The notes under the pieces: generated by a model
Databases searched by the model: none
The model's input: the letters and a program-made list of their open reading frames with translations, nothing else
What the model was told of the DNA's origin: nothing
Program-made: the position numbers and the translations under genes
Part shown: one piece after another, positions 37,566-46,516 of the stretch
Numbering within the stretch: the first letter of the stretch is position 1
Layout: every line of letters begins with the position of its first letter
Assembly (NCBI GenBank): GCA_965262115.1
Contig: OZ253496.1
Coordinates: forward strand, 132,447 to 196,446
Reading direction: 5' to 3'
Length of the DNA: 64,000 nt
Source of the DNA: Nitrospinales bacterium
GTDB taxonomy: Bacteria > Nitrospinota > Nitrospinia > Nitrospinales > VA-1

Positions 37566-38746
37566 AGTATAGAGCCATATTTTTAGCGGGTTTTGTTTTA
37601 GCGGGTTTGCTTTTTGCATCAACCGGGGGGGCCGCGAAAAAAAGTGCCAAGGAGATTAATGCGCTATTGCGGGATGAGCAGAAAGAATTAAGCCTTCTAA
37701 AGAAAAAAATAGCCAGTCAGGACAAACTCATTTCTTCAGCGGGGAAAAAAGAAGGGCAATTGCTAAGCAAACTAAGAAAGGTTGACAATCAAATAAAGTT
37801 GAAGGAGAGGGAGCTCAAGGTTTACCAGTGGAATTTTATGATTAACAAAAAGAAACTTATTAAGCTTGAAGCAAGTCTTCAGACCAATAAGCAGAAGTTA
37901 AGGGCCCAAAAGCTGTTATTGGGAAAACGTTTTCGGCAGATTTATAAAGAAGGCCCTGTTTTTCCTCTTAAGGTGGCCTTCTCATCGGAAAATGCGAGCG
38001 ACTTTTTGCAACGCCTCAAATATATGGAATTGATCGCCCGACATGATGCAAACCTGATGGCCGATTATATGAATCAGTTTGAGGGCATGAAAACCGAAAA
38101 ACAATCTCTTCTGTCTGTCAGGGCGAAGCTGGTGCGGCTGGAGAAAGATGCTTTGGGCAAGCGGGAAGAGTTTGAAAATGCCAGGAAGGATAAAAAGAGA
38201 TTTTTAAAGAAGATTAAGAAAAAGAAACGGTTTGGAATCCAAACCCGAAAAGAGCTTCAAAAAGCCTCTAATAATTTAAATGACCTGATTACAAAATTAT
38301 TGTCGAAGCTGGTATCCGGTGAAGGCCTTGATATTGTGGATAAAAGGGGCAGGTTGACTCTGCCGGTGAAGGGCAAAATTCTCAATAAATTTGGCAGGCA
38401 GAAAGATAGGCAGTATGGTTCGTTCATTGTGCATAATGGCATTAACATTAAAACCCCGACCGGTACACCGGTGCGCTCGGTTTTCAACGGTAAAGTTCTT
38501 TATACCGGAGAGCTTGAGGGTTATGGAAATCTGGTGATTATTGGGCATGGAAAGGATTATCATTCTCTTTACGGTCATTTGGACCGCATTGATGTCAAAC
38601 CGAATCAAGTGATTCAGACCGGAGATATTATCGGTCGCAGTGGGGATACGGGGTCTCTGGTTGGGGAAACCCTTTATTTGGAAATGCGTAAAAAGGGAAA
38701 ACCTATTGAGCCCGTCCGTTGGTTCAAGACGGCTCGTAGGGAATAG
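37562..38746 (+). CDS. envC: Murein hydrolase activator EnvC-like (coiled coil plus M23/LytM domain)
   Basis: Signal peptide, long coiled coil, C-terminal M23 motifs (NGINIKT, GNLVIIGHG, YHSLYGHL). Position after ftsEX. Confidence 0.8.
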   Translation: MKYRAIFLAGFVLAGLLFASTGGAAKKSAKEINALLRDEQKELSLLKKKIASQDKLISSAGKKEGQLLSKLRKVDNQIKLKERELKVYQWNFMINKKKLIKLEASLQTNKQKLRAQKLLLGKRFRQIYKEGPVFPLKVAFSSENASDFLQRLKYMELIARHDANLMADYMNQFEGMKTEKQSLLSVRAKLVRLEKDALGKREEFENARKDKKRFLKKIKKKKRFGIQTRKELQKASNNLNDLITKLLSKLVSGEGLDIVDKRGRLTLPVKGKILNKFGRQKDRQYGSFIVHNGINIKTPTGTPVRSVFNGKVLYTGELEGYGNLVIIGHGKDYHSLYGHLDRIDVKPNQVIQTGDIIGRSGDTGSLVGETLYLEMRKKGKPIEPVRWFKTARRE

Positions 38747-38839
38747 TGGATCATAACGCTAAAATACGCTTAGGTTATGAGTGCGTAGCGCCTATAATTG
38801 ATATATAATTCCAATTTTATATCCTAGGGAGATAACACT

Positions 38840-40267
38840 TTGAATTTGTCACCGGCGGGTAAAGGAATAAAGGCTGGGTTGGCCCGGTTTCTGGTCATCG
38901 TTATATTGGGGATGTTCCAGACTCTTTATGCGGAGGAGAATGTTGAAGAACCCAAACCGGATACTTATAACAAGCTCAAGGTGTTTTCTGAGATACTTTC
39001 CCTGATTGAATCCAATTATGTTGAACCAGTGGGAAGCAACACTATGATCGAGGGAGCTATCAAGGGAATGGTTAAGTCCCTTGATCCTCACACTAACTAT
39101 TTGCCTCCCGCGTCCTATAAAGAAATGCAGGTGGAAACTACCGGAAAATTCGGTGGACTGGGCATTGAGATCAGTATTCGCGATGGTGTGCTAACCGTTG
39201 TTTCTCCGATTGAAGAAACCCCGGCTTTTAGAGTGGGGATTAAATCGGGCGATAAAATTATAAAAATTGAAGACGAATCAACCCTTGATATGACTCTTCA
39301 GGACGCGGTCTCCCGGCTCAGGGGTGAAACCGGATCTCCTGTGACCATCACGATTTTCAGGGAATCCTTCAAGGCTCCAAAAGAATTCACCATTGTCCGG
39401 GATATTATTAAAGTCCGGAGTGTTGTTAAAAAACTTTATAAGAAGGACATTGGTTATATCAAAATCCGCAGTTTTTCAAAGAATACTAGTACGGATCTGG
39501 ATAAAGCCCTCGCTGACCTCGGCAAAGAAGGGATCACCAAATTGATCCTTGATCTCAGGAACAATCCTGGTGGGCTGTTGAATCAGGCTGTTGAAGTGAC
39601 GGATCGATTTTTGAACCGTGAAAACCTGATTGTCTATACCAAAGGACGCTCGGACGAACAAAATATGCGTTTCACGAGCCATGATAAGGTAGCGGGTGTT
39701 ACTTATCCCTTGATCATTATGGTTAATGGAGGAAGCGCAAGCGCCTCGGAAATCGTGGCGGGCGCTTTGCAGGATTTAAACCGGGCCGTTATTCTGGGCA
39801 CGCAAACTTTTGGCAAAGGATCCGTTCAAACCATCATACCGCTAAGCGATGGGTCTGCCTTGCGATTAACGACGGCCCGTTACTACACTCCCAGTGGCCG
39901 GGTGATTCAGGAAAATGGCATTGAGCCTGATATCATTGTTGAAAGAACACCTGTCGAGGATTTGGATGAAGAGGATGGAAAGAAAACGGAGCCGAAAGAA
40001 AAAACCCGACTTCGAAGATTTTTGCGTGAAAAGGATTTAAAGAAACATTTGAAGGGTAAGAGCAGTATTGGTGATGTCGAAGAAGAAAGTGAAGTAGAAA
40101 GTGTCGACAAGGATGAAGAAACTGCCTCCATCCATGAAGACCTGCTAAAGGACAACCAACTTGAACAGGCCGTTTCCCTGCTTTCGGGCTGGGAGGTTAT
40201 GAAGAAGATGTTTAAAAATTTGCAGGTCCCCACTCCGGACTCTGATAGCCGAATCAGCATGAATTAA
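38840..40267 (+). CDS. ctpA: Carboxy-terminal processing (S41) peptidase
   Basis: PDZ domain (GIKSGDKIIKI), LILDLRNNPGG, GGSASASEIVAGALQD, GTQTFGKGSVQ. Acidic C-terminal extension. Confidence 0.9.
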   Translation: MNLSPAGKGIKAGLARFLVIVILGMFQTLYAEENVEEPKPDTYNKLKVFSEILSLIESNYVEPVGSNTMIEGAIKGMVKSLDPHTNYLPPASYKEMQVETTGKFGGLGIEISIRDGVLTVVSPIEETPAFRVGIKSGDKIIKIEDESTLDMTLQDAVSRLRGETGSPVTITIFRESFKAPKEFTIVRDIIKVRSVVKKLYKKDIGYIKIRSFSKNTSTDLDKALADLGKEGITKLILDLRNNPGGLLNQAVEVTDRFLNRENLIVYTKGRSDEQNMRFTSHDKVAGVTYPLIIMVNGGSASASEIVAGALQDLNRAVILGTQTFGKGSVQTIIPLSDGSALRLTTARYYTPSGRVIQENGIEPDIIVERTPVEDLDEEDGKKTEPKEKTRLRRFLREKDLKKHLKGKSSIGDVEEESEVESVDKDEETASIHEDLLKDNQLEQAVSLLSGWEVMKKMFKNLQVPTPDSDSRISMN

Positions 40268-40323
40268 GATTTGTTTCTTCCTCTGATTATTGGCAATTAC
40301 ATTTATAAATTCTCAGCCTGCCC

Positions 40324-41337
40324 ATGCTTGTTCTTGGTCTAGAAACTTCCTGCGATGAAACTGCCGCCGCAGTCTTGAAAGACGGCGACACCCTATTGTC
40401 TAATATCATCAATGACCAGATTGGCGTTCACTCTCCATACGGAGGAATCGTCCCTGAGCTGGCGGGGCGGTCGCATAATGAACGGGTACACCGGGTTATT
40501 AAGGAAGCAGTGGCCGAGGCTCGAGTGCGGCTACGAGATATCGATCTCATCGCCGTCACGGTGGGGCCTGGGCTGATCGGCTCATTACTGGTTGGTTTGA
40601 ACACTGCTAAAGGACTTTCATATGGCCTGAAAATTCCTATGATCGGGGTGAACCATTTGGAAGGCCATCTTCTGGCCATCTTTCTGCAGAAAAAAATACA
40701 GTTTCCTTTCATTGCGCTGATTGTTTCCGGTGGACATACCGACCTGTACCGGGTTTCTGATTTTGGGCGATATAAACTGCTGGGGCGAACTCGTGATGAT
40801 GCGGCGGGGGAGTCTTTTGATAAAGTAGGAAAAATGCTTGGGCTTCCGTATCCTGGGGGACCGGCCATTGAAAAGTTGGCGCGGAATGGAAATGGAAAGG
40901 CCCATAAATTTCCGCGAGCCTATCTTGAAAAAGGTTCTCTGGATTTTAGTTTCAGCGGCTTGAAAACATCGGTCCGAACTTTTTTGAACCAAAGAGAGAA
41001 GGACACCCGGTTAACCCTGACCGATGAAGATATTTCAGCGGGTTTTCAGGATGCGGTTCTTGATGTCCTGGTGGATAAACTTATCAGCGCTTGTAAGAAA
41101 GAGAATCTATCGCGTATCGTCGTGACCGGTGGGGTGGCCTCAAATGGTGCCTTACGTGTGGCAGTAGGAAAAGCGGCTCAAGCTTATGGCTTTGAAGCTT
41201 CTTTTCCAGACCCAATATTTTGTACCGATAATGCTGCGATGATTGCTTGTGCCGGTCATTACAAGTTTGCCCGGAACCAAAGTCCGTCGACTGATTTTAT
41301 GGGGTTGGATGCAAAAGCCAGTCTTTCGATAGAATAA
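40324..41337 (+). CDS. tsaD: tRNA N6-adenosine threonylcarbamoyltransferase
   Basis: LGLETSCDETAAAV, VNHLEGHL, VSGGHT, GESFDKVGK, GGVASN. Confidence 0.93.
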   Translation: MLVLGLETSCDETAAAVLKDGDTLLSNIINDQIGVHSPYGGIVPELAGRSHNERVHRVIKEAVAEARVRLRDIDLIAVTVGPGLIGSLLVGLNTAKGLSYGLKIPMIGVNHLEGHLLAIFLQKKIQFPFIALIVSGGHTDLYRVSDFGRYKLLGRTRDDAAGESFDKVGKMLGLPYPGGPAIEKLARNGNGKAHKFPRAYLEKGSLDFSFSGLKTSVRTFLNQREKDTRLTLTDEDISAGFQDAVLDVLVDKLISACKKENLSRIVVTGGVASNGALRVAVGKAAQAYGFEASFPDPIFCTDNAAMIACAGHYKFARNQSPSTDFMGLDAKASLSIE

Positions 41338-41360
41338 GCACGCGTCATAAAGGAAATAAC

Positions 41361-42356
41361 ATGTGGGCTCTGGTTACAGGCGGAGGCGGATTTCTTGGGA
41401 GCGGTATCGCCCAATCTCTCCACGAAAAAGAAAATGACGTTAAAGTTGTGGGTCGGTGTCATTATTCTCATCTTCCCAGAGCCATCAAATTATGCCAGGG
41501 CGATATTCGGGACCTTGATTTCCTCTGCAAGATGTTTTCGGGCGTGGAGGTTGTCTTCCACACTGCAGCTTTTCCCGGTATTTGGGGCCGGGCAGAGGAC
41601 TTTTACAGCATCAATGTTGATGGAACCCGCAATGTGATCAAAGCCTGCCTGCTAAACGGGGTGCAAAAGCTGGTGTTCACCAGTTCTCCAAGTGTCATTT
41701 ATGGAGACTCAAGTCTTGAAGGAGTGGATGAAACGGCTCCCTACCCAGAGAATTATTTGTGTGAGTATTCCCGCACCAAGGCGATTGCCGAAAAACTCGT
41801 GACAGAAGCAAATGGTAAGGATTTGGCCACGGTATCCCTCCGGCCGCATCTTATCTGGGGGCCGGGAGATCCACATTTGGTTCCTAGAATTTTAGCAAAA
41901 GCCGATAAGGGCCGATTAGTGCGAGTGGGGCCGGGAGAAAACAAAGTTGATATCATTTATATCGACAATGCCGTATCTGCGCATCTTAAAGCTTGCGATG
42001 CGCTGGGGGTAGGAAAACCTCCCGCTGGTAAAGTTTATTTTATCAGCGATGGCGAACCGGTGAACTTGTGGAACTGGATCAATGAACTGCTAAAAAAAAC
42101 AGGCAGGCTTCCTGCAACCCGGAGCATCTCCTACCAAACAGCATCAAAGCTGGGTTATTTGTTGGAGGGAATATACAATTTCTGGAGGATTAAAAAAGAA
42201 CCTCCGATGACCCGGTTTCTGGCATCCCAGTTGGCGACCTCCCATTACTTTAATATTGCCCGTGCTAAAAATGATTTTGGATATGCGCCGGTGGTGAGTC
42301 CTGAGGAGGGAATGAGCCGACTCATTCAGTCTCTTTCGGCTCCCCAAGAATGTTGA
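41361..42356 (+). CDS. NAD-dependent epimerase/dehydratase (3-beta-hydroxysteroid dehydrogenase/isomerase-like SDR)
   Basis: TGGGGFLG Rossmann motif, catalytic YSRTK. Confidence 0.8.
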   Translation: MWALVTGGGGFLGSGIAQSLHEKENDVKVVGRCHYSHLPRAIKLCQGDIRDLDFLCKMFSGVEVVFHTAAFPGIWGRAEDFYSINVDGTRNVIKACLLNGVQKLVFTSSPSVIYGDSSLEGVDETAPYPENYLCEYSRTKAIAEKLVTEANGKDLATVSLRPHLIWGPGDPHLVPRILAKADKGRLVRVGPGENKVDIIYIDNAVSAHLKACDALGVGKPPAGKVYFISDGEPVNLWNWINELLKKTGRLPATRSISYQTASKLGYLLEGIYNFWRIKKEPPMTRFLASQLATSHYFNIARAKNDFGYAPVVSPEEGMSRLIQSLSAPQEC

Positions 42357-43092
42357 TGCGGTGGGCCATGCAGCCAGCTCCAAATCCGTTGTCGATATTA
42401 ACGACGGCTATTCCCGTTGCGCAACTGTTTAGCATGGTAAGAAGAGCAGAAACGCCACCAAAAGACGTTCCATAACCGATACTGGTGGGTACTGCTATGA
42501 TAGGTTTGTCCACAAGGCCACCGACCACACTTGCCAGTGCCCCTTCCATCCCTGCCACGACAACGACCACCCGCGCTTTCCTGATCTGCTCAAGGTTATT
42601 GAAGAGACGATGAATTCCTGCTACTCCCACATCAAAAAGGGTTTCTGTATCGCTTCCCAGTATTCGAGCTGTGACCGAAGCTTCTTCAGCGATGGGGATG
42701 TCTGAGGTCCCAGCGGTGATGATGGTTATCAAGCCGCTTTTTTTCTTGGACTTAATTTTTTCAATAACCAGAGTCTGCGCTGTTTCATTGTATTCAGAAA
42801 CTTTAGGCAGAAAAGATTTTAATTTGCGAAAGGTTTCTTTGGACAATTTGGTTGCCAGAATAGAATGACCCGCGCGATTCATGCTCTGAATAATCTTTTT
42901 TATTTGGGCCACGGTTTTGCCCTGACAGTAAATGACCTCGGGCATGCCGCTTCGGAGCTCGCGATGATGGTCGATCTTGGCGAATTCCAGGTCCTCAAAA
43001 GGCAGGATCTCAAGCTTTTTAATGGCCTGCTGGGGAGTTAATTTTTGCTTGTGCAAGTCATTCAATAATTTTTTTAAATCCTTTGGGTTCAT
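42322..43092 (-). CDS. larB: Nickel-pincer cofactor biosynthesis protein LarB (PurE-like carboxylase/hydrolase)
   Basis: N-terminal LarB-specific segment (IDHHRELRSGMPEVIYCQGK) plus PurE-like core (ITAGTSDIPIAEEA, VVAGMEGALASVVGGL, AVPTSIGYG). Confidence 0.8.
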   Translation of the reverse strand: MNPKDLKKLLNDLHKQKLTPQQAIKKLEILPFEDLEFAKIDHHRELRSGMPEVIYCQGKTVAQIKKIIQSMNRAGHSILATKLSKETFRKLKSFLPKVSEYNETAQTLVIEKIKSKKKSGLITIITAGTSDIPIAEEASVTARILGSDTETLFDVGVAGIHRLFNNLEQIRKARVVVVVAGMEGALASVVGGLVDKPIIAVPTSIGYGTSFGGVSALLTMLNSCATGIAVVNIDNGFGAGCMAHRINILGEPKETE

Positions 43093-44108
43093 TCCAAACC
43101 CTTTATGCCGGCAAACTCGGTGGTTATTTCAACTTTCATCAAGTCCTCTAACGCCTGGCCAGGTGATTTGTTTTCGTGGAGGACGCGGTAGGTCTCTTCC
43201 ATAATCGACGCTTGGACATTGAATTTCTTTATCAGGGAATGAGCCGATTTCACAGTCAAGACCCCCTCGGCGACCATTTTCATGTTTCCAGTAATTTCTT
43301 TCAGGGATTTTCCTTTCCCCAGTTGGATTCCCATCTGACGGTTGCGGCTCAAGTCTCCGGTGCAGGTGAGCACAAGATCTCCAAGACCCGTCAGTCCATA
43401 AAAGGTCTCCGGCTTGGCTCCGAGCTTCGTTCCAATCCGGCTGATTTCGACCAGTCCGCGGGTGATCAGAGCGGCCCGTGTGTTAAATCCCAAACCCAGT
43501 CCGTCACAAATTCCTGTAGCGATCGCGATGACATTTTTCAATGCACCGCCAATTTCGACCCCCACCAGATCGTCGTTGGCAAATACTTTCATTTTATCCG
43601 TAGTAAAAAGTTCCTGAACCTGTTTTGCCGTTTCCAGGTTTTCTGCCGAGGCCAACAGGGCAGAAGGAACCCCTTCGGCGACCTCCTTGGCAAATGTGGG
43701 GCCGGAAATAGTGGCGGTAAAAATATTTTTACCCAAAATATCCTGAATAATCTGGTGGCTGGTAAAAAGGGTGTCATTTTCTAATCCCTTGCTGGCGCTG
43801 ATGATTAGACAATCTTTTGCAATAAATGGTTTGATCTGGGACAGGGTCTGTCTGATCACATGAGTAGGAACCACTAGCAGAATCAAGGACTGCCCTTCGG
43901 TGGCAGATTGTAAAGACAAAGTGGGATGAATATTTTCCGGCAACGAGTGTCCCGGTAAAAACCATGCATTTTCCCGGGTGCGGGTCATGGCATCACACAA
44001 TTCTTTTTCATACACCCAAAGTGATATTTGGCGGAAATTGCTGGCCAAATGAAGGGCTAGTGCGGTTCCCCAACTCCCCGCACCAATGATGGAAATTTTT
44101 TCATGCAT
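43089..44108 (-). CDS. gpsA: NAD(P)H-dependent glycerol-3-phosphate dehydrogenase
   Basis: IGAGSWGTALA, GPTFAKEV, GALKNVIAIATG. Start at MHEKISIIG. 4-nt overlap with larB. Confidence 0.92.
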   Translation of the reverse strand: MHEKISIIGAGSWGTALALHLASNFRQISLWVYEKELCDAMTRTRENAWFLPGHSLPENIHPTLSLQSATEGQSLILLVVPTHVIRQTLSQIKPFIAKDCLIISASKGLENDTLFTSHQIIQDILGKNIFTATISGPTFAKEVAEGVPSALLASAENLETAKQVQELFTTDKMKVFANDDLVGVEIGGALKNVIAIATGICDGLGLGFNTRAALITRGLVEISRIGTKLGAKPETFYGLTGLGDLVLTCTGDLSRNRQMGIQLGKGKSLKEITGNMKMVAEGVLTVKSAHSLIKKFNVQASIMEETYRVLHENKSPGQALEDLMKVEITTEFAGIKGLE

Positions 44109-44273
44109 AATAGAGCCTTTTAGTAAGACGACCATTATAGCGAATTCAACTTTGTATTGCTTAGAGAAATGGCTTGTTTGGGGTTGGCCTTTGTGATTAA
44201 ATAAAGTCATCAATAATAACCCAAGTTAACCGTTAATTTCTAAACATTTCCCTATTACAGCAAGGTTCATCTC

Positions 44274-44942
44274 ATGGCCAAGCGTTTAAAAGTAAGCCGG
44301 AAACATTTGCTGAAGGATCCTGACCAATTTTTATCCGCTTCTGAGAAAGCCATGATTTTCTTTATGGAGAATCGTGCTGCTGTTATTGGCGGGATCGTAT
44401 CCATCATCGTGGCCGGTTCTTCTTTTTTAGGTTTTAAATATTATCAGGAAGCGCAGGCGATGAAGAATGAGGCGTTTTATTTTGAAATGGTGAAGCTTGT
44501 TGATAACGCCAGCACCCCCGCTTCTGAAGCGAAATTGATCTTGGAAAAAATAGGGGATGGCTTCCAAAAAGAACGGGCGTCGTTATTGTTGGGCGATATC
44601 CATTTTCAAAACCAGGAAAATGATAAAGCCGAGGAGCTTTATTCAACGGTGATGAGCAATTCTTCGAAGGGACAAATCAATCACCAATTGGCGCAGATAG
44701 GTTTGGCCCACAGCTATCAAGCCAAAAAAGATTATAAAAGGGCCATTAGTTTGTTTAAATCGGTTATCGAGGCCAATTCAAGTTTTCCTTTATTCCAGGT
44801 CTATTTGAGTCTCTCAAGATGCCATGAGTTGAATAACGATGTGTCCAATGCATTGCTGGTTTTAAGGGAAATGCGGATGAAATTTCCTGAGGGACCACAA
44901 GTGGATAAAATCGAGAGTCGCATCAAACAGCTTTCTGCCTGA
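44274..44942 (+). CDS. Membrane-anchored TPR-like protein (YfgM-like)
   Basis: One TM helix after a basic N-terminus, then TPR-like helical repeats. Confidence 0.45.
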   Translation: MAKRLKVSRKHLLKDPDQFLSASEKAMIFFMENRAAVIGGIVSIIVAGSSFLGFKYYQEAQAMKNEAFYFEMVKLVDNASTPASEAKLILEKIGDGFQKERASLLLGDIHFQNQENDKAEELYSTVMSNSSKGQINHQLAQIGLAHSYQAKKDYKRAISLFKSVIEANSSFPLFQVYLSLSRCHELNNDVSNALLVLREMRMKFPEGPQVDKIESRIKQLSA

Positions 44943-45158
44943 TTGTCTAGCGGCCCACTAGCCGTGGGGACAATGAGCAAGAATTTGTTAGGCCCGGAAG
45001 AACAGCTCCGGATGGTAAAAAGCTATTGCCAGTCGCCAGCGGAGGTTCTCCGCCTCTTCGCCAGAGCGGCGGCATGCAATAGCTCGTTGAGCCGAGTAGC
45101 CCTTTATTGGCAAGGAAAAGACATTGCTCATTACCTGCGTAGGTTCTTCGCTACTTTT

Positions 45159-46241
45159 ATGCCGAAAATATCTAAAAACTTAATATCTATCCTCCTGCCA
45201 CTTCTGACTCTCCTTGTTTTATTTTATCCGGTTGATACTCATTCCGTACCCTTCATTTCCCATGAAACAGAACTGGCTATGGGCAAGGGTGCCGATCAGC
45301 AAATCATCCAGCAATACGGGATCTATCAGGATAAAGAACTCCAGCTATACGTTAATGGAATTGGTCAGAATCTCGTCTCCCAACTTTCTGATAAAGTTTT
45401 TTCACGTTTTTATTTTCGCATTGTAGACAGTTCGGATATCAATGCGTTCGCCTTGCCCGGTGGCTATGTCTATGTGACTCTTGGCCTCATGGCTATGGTG
45501 AATAGTGAGGCGGAACTTGCAGGAATTTTAGGTCATGAAATCGGGCATATTATATTCCACCACGGTGCAAAGCAGATGGTGCGTAGTATAGGCGCGCAGA
45601 TTTTGGCCCTGGGAGGAGCTATTGCAAGCCCGAAGAATGCAGGGCAATGGTTGACTGTCAGTACCGCCATGTTCCAGCAGATCAACATGGGCTATGGCCG
45701 GGATGCAGAAATTGAGTCGGACGAGCAGGGGATATTGAACAGTAAGGAAGCGGGGTACAGTCCATTTGGGATGGCCGGATTTCTAAAAAGCCTGCGACGA
45801 AAGGAAATCATGTCGGGCCAATCCTATCACTCTTTTCAAGCGACCCATCCGGACACCCGGGAGCGGATTGTCAAAGCCGGTCTTCTAGCAGGGCGCATGA
45901 CCGACGAGCCGGAAAGTGTGAACAGTTACCGGGAGCGGTATTTAAACCGAATTCGCGGTTTGAAATATGAAGGACAAAAACACGGTAAGGATAGAAAACG
46001 CCACAAGGACCAGTTTATTGATATCTATGAAGTGCAAAAAGGGGATACATTCCAGAGTATTGCGGAAAAAGAGTTGGGGGACAAGCGTAAGGATCTGGAT
46101 ATATCTGTCATGAACGGGCGAAAAGAATCCAGCCAACCCAAACCTGGCGAGTTGTTGAAGATAGTGCGCAACGGAAAATTTAAAAAAGATAAAATCCTCC
46201 TAATCAAGCCTGAATTCGAGCAGACTCCGAATCTAAAATAA
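45159..46241 (+). CDS. M48-family zinc metalloprotease with C-terminal LysM domain
   Basis: Signal peptide from MPKISKNL..., HEIGH zinc motif, LysM-like YEVQKGDTFQSIAEKELG. The track ORF starts further upstream at 44943. Confidence 0.8.
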   Translation: MPKISKNLISILLPLLTLLVLFYPVDTHSVPFISHETELAMGKGADQQIIQQYGIYQDKELQLYVNGIGQNLVSQLSDKVFSRFYFRIVDSSDINAFALPGGYVYVTLGLMAMVNSEAELAGILGHEIGHIIFHHGAKQMVRSIGAQILALGGAIASPKNAGQWLTVSTAMFQQINMGYGRDAEIESDEQGILNSKEAGYSPFGMAGFLKSLRRKEIMSGQSYHSFQATHPDTRERIVKAGLLAGRMTDEPESVNSYRERYLNRIRGLKYEGQKHGKDRKRHKDQFIDIYEVQKGDTFQSIAEKELGDKRKDLDISVMNGRKESSQPKPGELLKIVRNGKFKKDKILLIKPEFEQTPNLK

Positions 46242-46242
46242 A

Positions 46243-46428
46243 TTGGAAGAGTTGTTACTGGATAAATCGCATACCGTACACCTGAAACCTGAAGGTGAAA
46301 TATGCAACCGGCTCAAGCAGGGAACCAGTGTCAAGATTGTGAAAAGGAAAGATGACTGGGTTCACATCACCTGGCGCAGTGGTAAAAAGAAGGGATGGAT
46401 AAATTATCCGCCGACCATAAAAGTCTGA
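46243..46428 (+). CDS. Small SH3-like domain protein
   Basis: 61 aa. VKIVKRKDDWVHITWRSGKKKGWINY resembles a bacterial SH3 domain. TTG start. Confidence 0.4.
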   Translation: MEELLLDKSHTVHLKPEGEICNRLKQGTSVKIVKRKDDWVHITWRSGKKKGWINYPPTIKV

Positions 46429-46460
46429 ATAAAATTATAGTTTTTCTAAAATTGTCCAAT

Positions 46461-46499
46461 AAAAAACCCCGGACGGCTTTAGGTTGCCCGGGGTTTTTA
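46461..46499. terminator. Bidirectional rho-independent terminator between convergent genes
   Basis: AAAAAACCCCGG-N15-CCGGGGTTTTT. Confidence 0.75.
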
Positions 46500-46516
46500 T
46501 ATTTATGCTTCTAATT

